Origin: Nageia nagi
Taxonomy: Eukaryota > Plantae > Pinophyta
Reading direction: 5' to 3'
NCBI GenBank assembly: GCA_050084985.1
Contig: JBITNC010000001.1
Span: forward strand, 165,478,001 to 165,542,000
DNA: 64,000 nucleotides
Under the pieces are notes generated by a model. That model did no database searches. It was not told where the DNA came from and worked only from the letters and a program-made list of their open reading frames with translations. Position numbers and translations under genes: made by a program. Below, piece after piece: positions 37,986 to 50,532 of this stretch (position 1 is its first letter; each line of letters starts with the position of its first letter).

Positions 37986-40717
37986 CTAGGCAGTTGGTGG
38001 GCCCAACACCTCTACAAGCCCTTCAAAGTCATCATCCAAGAATTTGGCCGTGAGCTCCAATCCATGTAGCATCTCTGATAGCTTCGGCCTATTCTTCACC
38101 ACACTGTGCTCTACGTTATCGATGATCCTCATCATGTCCTTCTCCCACGCATGAGCTTTGAGCAAATGCTCCAAGTGACTACCTGTTTGGAAAGTATTAA
38201 TGTCTGTAGTCATGATCAAACTATGAAGGAAGTGTCTCACTTCTGCCACTACAAAGTCTTTGTCATAGATGGCTGCATCATCATTAAGAAACTTCACTTG
38301 GAACTCCTTTTGCTCAAGACAAGTATTTGCTTTGTCGTTGAGCTTTTGAACATCCTTTTGGAACTCCTGGAATTGGGTGGTTATTTGGTTAACTACACCC
38401 AAATAGAATCAATATTCTTCGCAAAACTTTATATCTTCTGGGTCCCGATTCCGTGACATTTCAAACTTCATGATCATGGGCCATCTAGAATCCAAGATCT
38501 TGAGAAGACTGGTTCTCTCCATAATGATATCCTTGAGCTTTTGCTCCTCGAATGCTATCCTCTCTAGTGCTTCAATGAACTGCTATATTGCTACCAAGAC
38601 CTCCTCTATATGCTTCTGTTTTATTGCAATCATACCCTCCTTAAGCGGCTTGATTTTTCGGAGCTCTCCAATGGGTACTTTAGCCGATTCTAATTCCTTG
38701 GTCAACTTCCTTTGTGCAACTAACTCCTTCTTGAGGCCTTTGATCTCCTTATCTTTCATCATACCATCTTTGGTAATGGCCTCAGCGTTGGAGATAATTG
38801 CATGTTTCCAACCAGCTAGACCAATCGGACCTATGTTGATAATCTGGTTAATATGTCTGAGGTCTTCAAGGCATTGCGGATTTTCCTTATCAGCTATAAT
38901 GGTTTTAATATGTATGGCGTTATCAGCTGTGTATATATGTCTAGGTCTTCCCTGGGCGAGTGGAGCTTTCTCCTATCTGGTCATTCTTTTCTTTCGTCCC
39001 AAATTCTTCCCCGACATCCATATTAAACACATCTAGACACTCCTCCATGTTGACACCCCACTCATTCATGAGTGATGGCTGATAAGTCTCCACAACTGCT
39101 TCTAGAATAGTAACAACATTCTTCTTCATTCTCTTCGAGGGTCTCTCTTCTCTTTGCTCAACATGTTCACTTGAAGTTCCTGTAGCTTGTTACTGTGGGG
39201 TTCTCTTTAATCGAGCCCTCTTCTGTACTATCTTGGATATTGGCTCCTTGTCCTTTTCTATAGGTAGCTCTATCACAGTTGTCTTATGGATTTCTGCCAA
39301 TATCTCTACGGATTCATCTTGTTGCTGTGCATCTAGGATCTCCTCATCCTATACTGCATTCTCCTCCTGTTCATCTTCTAATGCTTCAATCTCCCTTCCT
39401 CTTGATTCTCATCAGGCTTATATGATGGGCTAGAAGCAGACGATCCGGATGGTGGAACAACTGGTGACTTCACGACCGTCATGGTCCTAGGTGGTCTTGG
39501 AGATGGAGAGGGATCTTTGTGTCTATTTCTCATGCATCTCACCACTTTGTTTGTAGCTACTCACTCTAGCTCGCTTGCGTCATTTTCATCCATGGTGACC
39601 TGCACTTGTTGCACAACTTGTTCGATTGGCCTTTTGCCATGCATGGACACATAATGTCCAATTGGTGTTTCAACGATTGGAGGGAACTATGTAATCTTGG
39701 AAGTAGACTCTTGAGATTTTATGCCCTTATGTTGCGAGTCTTTTACTTCAACACGGTGCTGCTGATCATTTGCATCCTTGTCTACCCTTCCTCTTACCTT
39801 CCTTATTTCTATCTCATTGCTAATATTCCAGAAAGGCTCCTCGTCTACTAGTGACTTATGCTCATAAGGTTTCTTCCTTTCCTTCATGAAGAACGAGTGC
39901 ATTCTGTGATTCGAATCATAATGGTCGGCAATAGACATTTTCTTGAAATTGAATTTTGCCAACTCTTCCTTCATGGTGTCTACATCCGTCCAAAACTTAC
40001 ATTGGTACTCTCCTACAGCAATCGGAAAATTAGAAGTGGTCGATTTCTTCTGCCATACCTGGTCATGTAGAAAGGCCAATTGCCTCATCATCTTCATTAA
40101 CAGCATCATCCTGTTACTCACAAACCTAGGCAACTGATAGGGTTGAATGGCTGATCCATGTATACAAATATAAGAGAAGTGTTGATGATGGAGGAAGAAA
40201 TCTCCATGTTTCTTCAAAGTATCTTGGGCTGCATTTGAAATTCGGGAAACCGTGATCTCTCCCTTGAGCTCTTTATATATCTCATACTCCCATCCATCGT
40301 TCTTCATCATGAAATGGTCCCATGTTCTCTCTAATTTCCATTTGGGGTAGCATTTCCAAATGGAGTAAGTTCCTCTTTCTATCCAAACCGTCTCTCCCTG
40401 CGCTGTAGCTCTATACTTGCGATGAAGTAACATGTATACCAGGTATGAATTGAGATAGAATTTGCGAGTGGTACCTATGGATGACAATTGGTCTGCTATG
40501 GTATCACTCACCACCTTGCTCCACCTAATCCTTCTACCCCTAGCAATTCCATAATGAACCCAAAGAACTCCTTCTTGAACTTTGAAGCATCTTCATTCTC
40601 GAGAACTCTAGACAACAAGAGTATCATCAGCTCAACTGCAGGATAGATATTGGAACGAGGAGCATTGATGAGTGCATTTCCCTTCAATCCGTGATGCTCC
40701 TCCAACATCCAACTCTT
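37986..40717 (-). pseudogene. Element A uncharacterised ORF, C-terminal part (conserved domain, acidic linker, coiled-coil)
   Basis: ORFs 40508-40708, 39687-40514 (RKFYLNSYLVY...LPRFVSNR), 38941-39129 and 37986-38402 are collinear and homologous to 58211-61740. Confidence 0.8.
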
Positions 40718-41217
40718 TGTTAGAATTTGTAATGAAATATTGTGAATATCTAAACTCCTTGTAAATTCAATTAATCACTTAAAGGATATGTAGATACCTT
40801 AAGGGATTAATTGAATTCTTTATTATGTGTGGACTTTGACCTAACCATGGGGTTAGTTGGTAGGTTAAAGTTAGGTCACGCATTTATTGTAACCCTAACC
40901 TTACCCTTGGGTTAAAGGGAGGTTAGGGAGGTGCTCTCAAGCTATAAATAGAGGGTCTCTCCTCTTGTAACATATCTAAGTTTTGGAGTAAGATTACTCT
41001 ACTAGGTTGTGTAAGAGAGGAAGAGAATTGTAGTAAGAGGTGCATAGATTGAGAATAGAGAACTAGTTGTGGATGTACTCCCAAGGAGGGAGGAACCACA
41101 TTATATTGGTGTCATATTATGTGAATGTGTTAGTAGCTTGTAGATGTTGCATGTTGAATGTGATTGAGCTTTCTATAGTCTTGGACCTTGGGAATTAGAG
41201 TAGTGCTAATTCTCTCA
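40718..41217 (+). repeat. 5' LTR of Copia element 2
   Basis: TG..CA termini, TATAAATA at ~40943, 98.6% identical to the 3' LTR. Confidence 0.97.
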
Positions 41218-41231
41218 ATTGGTATCAGAGC

Positions 41232-41399
41232 TTGGTGTGGAAGCTCTTCTTCTACATCTTGGAGGTTCTTCATCCTTCTTCATTCCTTTGGTGTGGAAGC
41301 TCTTCTTCTACATTTTGGAGGTTCTTCATCCTTCTTCATTCCTTTGGTGTGGAAGCTCTTCTTCTACATTTTGGAGGTTCTTCATCCTTCTTCATTCCT
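41232..41399 (+). repeat. 3 x 56-bp tandem repeat directly after the PBS
   Basis: TTGGTGTGGAAGCTCTTCTTCTACAT(C/T)TTGGAGGTTCTTCATCCTTCTTCATTCCT starts at 41232, 41288 and 41344. Confidence 0.95.
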
Positions 41400-42026
41400 C
41401 ATCTTACACCCCATTGGTGAGGTAAAACTAAGAGAAGGTATAAATTTCCTTCTCATTTGATTATCTTAATGGATTATTACATTAGATACTAACATATTTT
41501 GTGAGATATTGGAGCTTATTTTTTGCAAAATATGATCAAAATTGGCAATGCAAGCAATTTTTTTTGCTAACCTCTTATGTTAGTAGCATTTTTTTTACAA
41601 AATGCTTAATACATGATATACCTTTTTAAGAGGATACTATGCAATGTAAGTATTTTTACTAACATTTTGTTTGTTAGTAGTATTGATCAATAACTCTATT
41701 ACAAGCATTGCCAAGGTGTAATAGTTACATAATACTTTATTTCTTCTCTAAATTGTCTTATTTTTTGCAAAAATTTTAATGCAAATAGAAGGAAATAATT
41801 TCTAGAGGCAATTGTTTAAAATTTAAAGCAAATATGGGGCTCATTTTTTTATTGTTGAAATAAAAAGTGGAAGACTTTACAAGTTTTTTTTGAAATATTT
41901 ACAATATTTTTTATATATAATATTTTTTTCAAAAATTATAAAATTTTGGGGGGGGGACAAAATAAACGGTAGGGTCTGCCCAGTAGCTCGCGGTCCACCC
42001 TCCGCGTCTCCCTCCTTCCTCTGCAG

Positions 42027-42562
42027 GTCTGTAAAATGTTTGACAAAATGCCTCGACAAGGTGAGTCTCGCAGAAACGTGAACGAGTCCACGCGGTGCAG
42101 ACCTTTCCTCACAGCCTCCTCCCTCGCCAGCTCTGCGTTTCGTGGGCTGCCATGATCGTCGGATATGCACAAAACGAAGCGTTGACAGGATCTGCGAAGC
42201 TGTTTAACAAGCTGCACAATACCGATAGCGTTCCATGGACTCCAGTGATTGCAGGATGCAGACCGTTTCATGGACTCCAATGCACGCAAGATCTGCCCAA
42301 AACGGATACACGGATACGTTGAAAAGCTTCACGTCTCCTGGACTGCAGTGATCACAAGCTGCAGATGCCGCTTCATGAACTTCAACGATCGCAGGATATT
42401 CCCCAAAACGGATACATTGAACAACCCCGCGAATCTTATTGACTATAAATTTAAGATACGTAAACATGTATGCAAAATGTGGAAATGCAGGAAGTCGCTG
42501 GAATGTTTGCCAAATATACCCAAAACAGATGCATTAAAAGACTCCCGCGAATTGGTTGCTAA
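42027..42562 (+). other. Mosaic of PLS-class PPR motif fragments in the Copia 5' leader
   Basis: KMFDKMPR, VSWAAMIVGYAQN, VPWTPVIAG, VSWTPMHARSAQNGY, VSWTAVITS, TIAGYS.QNGY and NMYAKCG occur in shifting frames. Confidence 0.85.
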
Positions 42563-44747
42563 GTGAGTCCTCACGCGAGCGGCAGGCGTTGCAAGCCACG
42601 CCCCCGTGTTGCTCAGACTCTGCACCATAAGCATGCAGGTCAACTCCTAGGCGCTGCCACTCTGCACCACGAGCAAAACGCTCCTGCACTCTCCTTCCTC
42701 TCCTCTTGCGCTCCTCCTCTCAGTCGCCAGCCTCCTGCGCAAGCCTCCTCTTCCTCCTTCACCATTTACTCTTCTAAGCATGGCCACCATCACCTCCATA
42801 GGCTGTCCTATAGTGCCTCCATGAAGGTCCTCCTCCTTCCCACGGTCAAGGTTGATGGCTGCCAACTCTTTGCAAGTCTTTTTTGTCACTTAAATGCACT
42901 TAGAAGCATTAAGTTCTTGTTGACCACTTGCAAAAATGATGCACTTCCAAAAGCAAACGTATACTCCTTAGGCACTTAATATTTTACAAGTCAATTGCTC
43001 CCATTTAATGCACTTAAGAGTACTTCTAATATTCACCACTTTTTACCTTCTATGCTCCTCCACAAAACAATGTATGCTCTTCTTGGTAGAAGAAAAAGAG
43101 GGGGGGTCATTTCTTAAGAAAAAACATGCATTTAATTTTGTTTTTACCAACAAGAAAGGGGATTTGATTTTTTACCACCTAAGTCTTAAGGACCCAACCA
43201 AACCCCTTGAGTATTAATTTTTTGTTGACTGCTTATCACCTTCTTTACATGCACATGAAATTCCAACGTATTCTCCTTCTTGGTAAGGGAAGGGAGCCAT
43301 CACTTTTTTTACCAAAAGCATTTATTTGTTTTTGACTTAAGAGTATTTTTTGTTTGGAAAAGCTTTGGTAGAAGAAGCATTAAATATGCATGAAGTAGGG
43401 GTATGGGTCTCCTTTTTCCATTTAATTCTTGGAGACTTGGTAAGTGGTGAATATTTTTAACTTATTTTAAGTTAAACTTAGCTTATTTTTTTAAAAAATG
43501 CTTAGAATATTTTTAATATTGCATGTTTAATTTACTAAGGTGCACATGCAATTTCTAGAATGCTAACCTCTTAGCATTTTTTTCTCTATAAGCATAGTAA
43601 TTTAGTCTAAGTATGCTATTTTTTTAAGTAAATAAGGGAATTTTTTTTACTTAAAATGCATACTTATAAGACAAGACTTAGCATACAAGTTTTTTTTTAG
43701 GGATAAAACTTTAAGTGAAAAGGGGGGAATAGGTATAATTTTTACTTAAACTTTATCTAGATCTTTGCATGCTAGACTTGTGATGCATGTCTCTTTATCT
43801 TGTAAACTTTATCTAGATATTACATGCTAGACTTATGATGCATGTATCTTTATCTTGTTTGAGGAATAAAGCATGCTTAGGACTTAAAATTTTAAGTTAA
43901 ATAATGCATGATTATTACTTAAATTTTTTTAAGTCATGGAACAATGCATGTTTTTTAAGTTATGGATTAATGCTAAGTAGGACTTAGTTCTTTTTTAATT
44001 CATTAAGTGCTTGAATAAATTGAGCAAAATATACAAAATGTAAAAAGTCCTTTAGGGGTTAGTACAAAACCCATTGGACTTTTTAAGGTTTTTCAAGCTC
44101 GTGTGGATGATGCAATTTTACTTTACTTTATATTTTTGCACAATTTGCTTTATACTTGCAAAACGCAAATATTGAAAGTATCCCCTAAAATGAACACATC
44201 CGCACGTATTCTTCCACAACATGACTTGTTTGGGGAGCCACAAGGTGAGGACAGGGCAGACTGGAGCCCTTTTAGTCCGAAGACCCAAGTGGTGGTAAGT
44301 CCGTCTTAATTGCCCCTAAGACCTCTGTTGGATTGGACATAACTCTATTAGGTGGACAGGCATGTGTGTAGTGATACCACATGTCCGCACGCCCATTCAG
44401 GGATTATCCTAATAACCTAGGAGGAAAACTGAAAACCTTAATCAAGATAATTAAAATGGCCGGTCCAAGATATGTCGGATCCTTGGAAAATAGTTGGTAC
44501 TTCTCCTTGTGAGAGTATATTACTGACCAAGGTGAACTGGTTGAGGACTGGTAGTACCTGAGCTCCACCTTGCGGGCATCCAGGTGAAGGCCTAATTCTA
44601 TACAAGAAAACAACCCCAACTTTATTCCTCTACGGATCGTAGTTTATAAGTTTGCACATGTGGGACATGTTTACTTATGTTTGATTTGTATAGATGGAAA
44701 CTTGTAAAAATTTGCATTCTTATTGCATATGTACTTTTGTACAGACA

Positions 44748-47700
44748 ATGGTTGAAACCTTCATACCCAAGCATATACTCGACGGTTCCAACTTCGGCAT
44801 ATGGGAACCTCGTATGAGAGCTGAGTTACAAGCAAGGAAGCTATGGCAGACAGTAAATGAAGATCTGGTCGCTCCTACAGATGAGAAGGCCCTTGAAATC
44901 TACAACTCAAAGAATGAGTTAGCAACTTCAATGATCTATCGTGCAGTTTCAGATGACATCCTTCTCATGATCTCTTCCTCGACATCAGCAAAAGAAGCTT
45001 GGGATAGACTAAAGAAAATTTACCTTGGGTCCAAATTTTCAAGAAGGTTCACCATTCTACAAAAGTTGTTGCAATATCGTCAAGGTGAAGATGAAAGTGT
45101 CTCTTATCTACTTGAACAAAATCATTGACCTCAGGACACAACTGGTTGGCTGTGGGTGCAATTGGATCAATGATGAGTTCATGGTCTTCATCATTCTTCA
45201 AAGCCTCTCTACAAATTTCAGTAACTTTGTCACAGTTATGGAGACTAGGCTCGATGATGAAGAAGATGTCATCTCTCTTGACAACCTTTCTAGACTCCTT
45301 CTGAAGCATGAGGAAACTTTGAACAAGAAAATATTGAACATCTCTCCAAAGGATAATAGCATTGCTCTAAGAGCAACCAAAACTCCTTTCAAGAAGACGT
45401 TCAAACATTATAAATTCAAAGATAACAAATCCTCATCTACCATCAGGAAGCACGACAACTTCAAGCAAAGGAATGACAAAGCTGGATCAAGCAAACCAAC
45501 ACCGCAGGAAAAATTTGATGGAAATTGTAACTTTTGTGGTATCTTTGGGCACAAAGAGTATGATTGTCGCAAAAAGAAATTTGCTCAAAAAGGCAAGGGA
45601 AATGCAAATGTGAGAAATTTCAATAATAAAAAGAAGAACAAGCATGCTGCTACTGTTGCCTACTACTCAATGACTCAAACTATTTCAAATGATTGGATTG
45701 TTGATTCAGGATGCACTAATCACATGTGTTATGAAAATGATAAGTTTGAAAATTTTCATAAGTACAACAAGGATACAGTTGTGATAGGTGATAATACAGT
45801 CCTTGATGTTCAAGGAATAGGGAGTGTGAAGATTCATGGAAAGGCTCTTGATAATGTCTTTTATGTACCTAAACTAAGGATGAATCTTATCTCCGTAATT
45901 CAGATTACAAGGAAAGGATGCTCATTTGAGTTTACCTCACACTCCTGGTGTGTCAAGAAAGGACTTGCCACCTTGATAAAAGGATCAGTAAAGGATGACC
46001 TTTATATTGTGGATCAAGTACCTTCAAAGATTTGTCTTGCTGCAAATGTTTGTTCAAAGGGTAATCTTTGGCATCAACGATTAGGGCATCTTAACCACAA
46101 GAGTATTCAAGATATGAAAAATCAAGAACTTGTGGAAGGTTTACCTAATATTTCACCCACAATTGGTCTTTGTGAAAGGTGCATTCTAGGAAAGATGAAT
46201 AGGCAAAAGTTTGAAAAAGATAAGGCAACTCGGGTTACTCGTCTTCTTCAGCTTATGCATTCAGATTTGATGGGTCCATTTCAGACTAAGTCTCTAGGGG
46301 GAGCTTCTTATGTTCTAACCTTCATTGATGACTACAGTAGGATGACATTTGGTTATCTACTTGAGCACAAGGATCAAACTTTTGACAGGTTTAAAGACTT
46401 CAAGGCTCTTGTTGAAAATCAAACTGATTTTAAAATTAAGATGCTGAGATCTGATAATGGGGGTGAGTATAATAGCAATGAGTTTAACGACTATTGTGCT
46501 AAACATGGGATCAAGCAACAATTCACAATCCCTTACACCCCTCAGCAAAATGGAGTTGCTGAAAGGAAGAATCGCACCATTATGGAAATGGCAAGATGCA
46601 TGTTGGGTAACCTTCCTAGTTTCCTATGGGGAGAAGCTGTTCACACTGCTATTCACACCCTAAATAGGTATCCTACTAAAGCAGTTGAAGGAAAAACTCT
46701 GTATGAAGCATGGACAGGAAAGAAACCTAACATCTCACACTTAAGGGTCTTTGGTTGTGATGCATTTGCCTTCATTAACTCAGAGAAAAGAAAGAAGCTA
46801 GACAAAAGATCAAAAAAATGCATCTTTGTGGGGTATGATAATCAGCATAGAGGTTACAGGCTCTACTCCTCATCCCATAAAACAGTCTTTGTTTCTAGGG
46901 ATGTCAAGTTCAATGAACTTCCTGAGGATACGACTTCTCATGCTGAGGTGTCTGATTCAGATGATTCTACGCCTGCACCTAACTGGTTAGATGATCATGT
47001 AGGGAAGTCACCACAAGAGCAAAATTCTCCAGCTCAGAGAATTACAAGGAGTATGACCTTGAATAAATCCTTATTTGCCAAAATTGATAATATGAATGAG
47101 CCATCAACATTCAAAGAAGCTTCCAAGCAAGAGTGTTGGATGGAAGCTATGAAAGTTGAGTATGAGGCACTCATGAAAAATGAAACTTGGGATTTGGTTC
47201 CTTATCCCAATGAGAAAAATGTGATTGGAAATAAATGGATATACAAGGTCAAGTACAATTCTGATGGAAAAGTTGAAAAATACAAAGCAAGGTTAGTGGC
47301 CAAAGGATTCGCTCAGAAATATGGTATTGATTATGAGGAAACCTTTGCTCCTGTGGCCAAGATGCCTACTGTCATGATAATCCTTGCTCTTTCTGCAGCT
47401 CAAGGATGGAAAGTTTTCCAACTTGATGTCAAGAGTGCATTTCTCAATGGTGACTTGGATGTAGAAATCTATATGAATCAACCAGAAGGATTTATTCCAG
47501 AAGGAAAAGAGTCTCTTGTGTGCAAGCTAAAGAAGTCTTTGTATGGACTTAAACAAGCACCTAGAGCATGGTACAAGAAAATTTCAGGATTCTTTGCAGA
47601 TATTGGTTTTTCCAAGTGCTTCTCTGACTCAGATCTCTATGTACTCAATCAAAGAAAAGACGTGGTCTTAATTCTCCTTTATGTGGATGATCTTCTCATA

Positions 47701-48645
47701 ACAGGCAACAATATTGAAATCATCCAAGAGTGCATATCCAAACTGAAGGCAACATTTGAAATGACTGATCTAGGTCTATTGCATTACTATCTTGGAATGC
47801 AAGTATACCAACACAAAGATTGTACTTATCTTAGTCAATCTAAGTATATATCAGACATCTTGCAAAAGTTTGGAATGGAGGAGTGTAGATATGCTGCAAT
47901 ACCTGTTTCTCCTAGAATTGTTGTATCACTGAGCTCAGATTCTCAGTTGGCCGACGCTACAGCTTATAGGCAATTGATCGGTAATCTTCTGTATTTGACT
48001 ATCTCTCAACCTGATATTGCCTTTGCAATGAATCTGATGGCATGATTCATGCAAAAACCATATGTTGAACACCTCAATGCTGTGAAGCAAATCTTGAGGT
48101 ATGTGGCAAGGACAAAGGATCTTGCTCTTAAGTATTCCAAAGTGCCCTCAATTGTTCTCTCCGGGTTCTCAGATTCTGATTATGGGGGAGATAGAGATGA
48201 CAGAAAATCAACCTCTGCATATGTGTTCAGCATTGGTTCAGGTGCTATCTCTTGGGCTTCCAAGAAGCAACCTACTGTGACTCTTTCTACCACCGAAGCC
48301 GAATATCGAGCCATGTCTGTTGCCGCCCAAGAGGCTATTTGGCTGAGACATCTTCTGAACGAAATTGGGTATAAGCAAAATGGCCCATCTCTTATTTCTT
48401 CAGACAATCAATCGGCTATCTCTTTGGCTAAGAATCCTGTGTTCCATCAGAGAACTAAACATGTGGAAATCCAAGCCCATTTTATCAGGGAGAAGGTTCT
48501 AGATGACATCATACACTTGGAGTATTGTCCATCTATTGAAAACTCCGCTGATTTATTCACCAAGCCCCTTCTTAAAGTTCAGTTCAGCAAGCTTAGGGAT
48601 TCTCTCGGGTTGGTGAAGTTGCCCTCAAGGGGGAGTGAAGTTTGA
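44748..48645 (+). pseudogene. Copia gag-pol polyprotein, near intact (one +1 frameshift at ~45105, one premature TGA at 48043-48045)
   Basis: LDGSNFGIW (gag), CNFCGIFGHKEYDC, WIVDSGCTNHM (protease), LWHQRLGH, PQQNGVAERKNRT (INT), LLYVDDLL (RT), FSDSDYGG...RTKHVE (RNase H). The TGA is consistent with CGA>TGA deamination. Confidence 0.95.
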
Positions 48646-48705
48646 ACTTTTGTTAGTGATGACAACTTCACCTCTAAGAGGTCTTTTTTGATTGTACATT
48701 CTAGA

Positions 48706-49075
48706 CCTCCGTGGTAAGTTTGCTCTGCGTGACAAACTTGTTGTACAATTGTTGTTATAGAGTGTTGATTATTTTATACCTCCGTGGTAAGTTTGCTCTG
48801 CGTGACAAACTTGTTGTACATATTTATACCTCCGTGGTAAGTTTGCTCTGCGTGACAAACTTGTACATTTTACACCTCCGTGGTAAGTTTGCTCTGCGTG
48901 ACAAACTTGTACATTTTATACCTCCGTGGTGAGTTTGCTCTGCGTGAGAAACTCGTTGTACAATTTTTTGAGCATATAATTAATATACCTCCGTGGTAAG
49001 TTCGCTCTGCGTGACGAACTTGTACATTCTATACCTCCGTGGTGAGTTTGCTCTGCGTGAGAAACTCGTTGTACA
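48706..49075 (+). repeat. Seven copies of a ~40-bp hairpin repeat with variable AT-rich spacers in the Copia 3' UTR
   Basis: CCTCCGTGGT(A/G)AGTT(T/C)GCTCTGCGTGA(C/G)(A/G)AACT(T/C)(GT)TGTACA starts at 48706, 48779, 48829, 48875, 48921, 48988 and 49034. Confidence 0.95.
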
Positions 49076-49547
49076 ATTTTTATACTCTATTAATAATCAA
49101 CACATGTCTATATACAACAAGTGACTATGAGTGATGGCTTGGCATCTCCGTGATGACTTATAGTGCACCATTAATCAGTTATTTATAAGATGGCATTATT
49201 GATTCTTTTATTTGAATATATGATGCATCTAACTGATTTTGTTCATGAGTTGCTTGTAGCATGCAGAATCTTCTTCAGAAATGCAGGTTACTCACCTTGT
49301 GAAAGCAAGCTCATGGAGACTCACATGTCAGCTTAAAGTTGATCAACTACTATGTACAGTGAAACCAGTTGTGGTTAATGATTGTATTGTAAACCATTTT
49401 GTCAAATGGTAATGTAGTGAGTCTCATACTAGTTCTCAAAAAAGATTCTCAAATATGTAAATGTTCTCATCTCCACTTGTATCTCTATGGAGGAAAACTC
49501 TCTCTTCTCTCTTCTACACTCTATCCCAATATTGCATTAAGGGGGAG

Positions 49548-50047
49548 TGTTAGAATTTGTAATGAAATATTGTGAATATCTAAACTCCTTGTAAATTCAA
49601 TTAATCACTTAAAGGATATGTAGATACCTTAAGGGATTAATTGAATTCTTTATTATATGTGGACTTTGACCTAACCATGGGGTTAGTTGGTAGGTTAAAG
49701 TTAGGTCATGCATTTATTGTAACCCTAACCTTACCCTTGGGTTAAAGGGAGGTTAGGGAGGTGCTCTCAAGCTATAAATAGAGGGCCTCTCCTCTTGTAA
49801 CATATCTAAGTTTTGGAGTAAGATTACTCTACTAGGTTGTGTAGGAGAGGAAGAGAATTGTAGTAAGAGGTGCATAGATTGAGAATAGAGAACTAGTTGT
49901 GGATGTACTCCCAAGGAGGGAGGAACCACATTATATTGGTGTCATATTGTGTGAATGTGTTAGTAGCTTGTAAATGTTGCATGTTGAATGTGATTGAGCT
50001 TTCTATAGTCTTGGACCTTGGGAAATAGAGTAGTGCTAATTCTCTCA
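49548..50047 (+). repeat. 3' LTR of Copia element 2
   Basis: Follows the PPT and is followed by the TSD CTCTT. Confidence 0.97.
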
Positions 50048-50052
50048 CTCTT

Positions 50053-50532
50053 GATAGCGAAGGCTACCCTGGGAGTCTCCTAGTAACAAGCTAATGATCT
50101 AGCCTCGCTATACTCTCCTTCAAAGTTCTACTGAAATGTTGCTTTGATGGCATGTAGCCCGAAGGCCATTATGATATCTCCTTTGATACTTGGAAGGACT
50201 CTCTCCCCTTTCTGCCAGTGGTGACCGACCTCCATGCACGATTCAAGAAATGGGGCTGTGAATGGGACTAATGTGCAAGTGGAGAATCCAGAGGAGAAGA
50301 CGATATCCTGCTTCAAGTCAGTGATAGGAAGACCATGAGTGCTCTCCCTCATCTGTGTAGGATCAACGTTTTGCCAATCTGTATCTCCGATAGTTGCAAA
50401 ACCATATATCGAGAATTTAGCCCCTTGGGGAAGGGCTTATTGTCTTTCACGAATGGAGATGACACAATCCTATTTCAACTGCTCGAGATCCTTAGCGAAG
50501 TACGAAGCCGAATTGCCCTTAGAAGAAGCCAT
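50053..50532 (-). pseudogene. Element A uncharacterised ORF, N-terminal part
   Basis: ATG at 50532: MASSKGNS...ATIGDTDWQNVDPTQMRE...VPFTAPFLE, homologous to element B MASS...FVGDTA*GNLDPVQ...MPFAIPFPD. TATA-like CTATAAATA on the minus strand at ~50755. Confidence 0.75.

Larger units (their letters stand above)
40718..50047 (+). mobile_element. Young full-length Ty1/copia LTR retrotransposon (9330 bp)
   Basis: 500-bp LTRs 40718-41217 and 49548-50047 differ by 7 substitutions. Perfect TSD CTCTT; PBS TGGTATCAGAGC 41220-41231; PPT AAGGGGGAG 49539-49547. Confidence 0.97.

Noticed and set aside
38106-39036. Plus-strand ORFs of 116 and 188 aa
   Set aside because: They are antisense shadows of the minus-strand element A ORF, with no recognisable domain.
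42095-42566. Functional PPR protein gene
   Set aside because: The motifs are fragmentary and out of frame with each other, and lie inside a TSD-bounded Copia.
45095-45115. Programmed ribosomal frameshift between gag ORFs
   Set aside because: It falls in the middle of the gag domain with no slippery heptamer; a single-base insertion explains it.
48706-49075. CRISPR array (palindromic repeats with spacers)
   Set aside because: Plant retrotransposon context, no cas genes, and the spacers are short, unequal, low-complexity and related to each other.
48706-49075. Tandem hammerhead ribozymes (retrozyme-like)
   Set aside because: No CUGANGA and GAAA core in the required arrangement on either strand.
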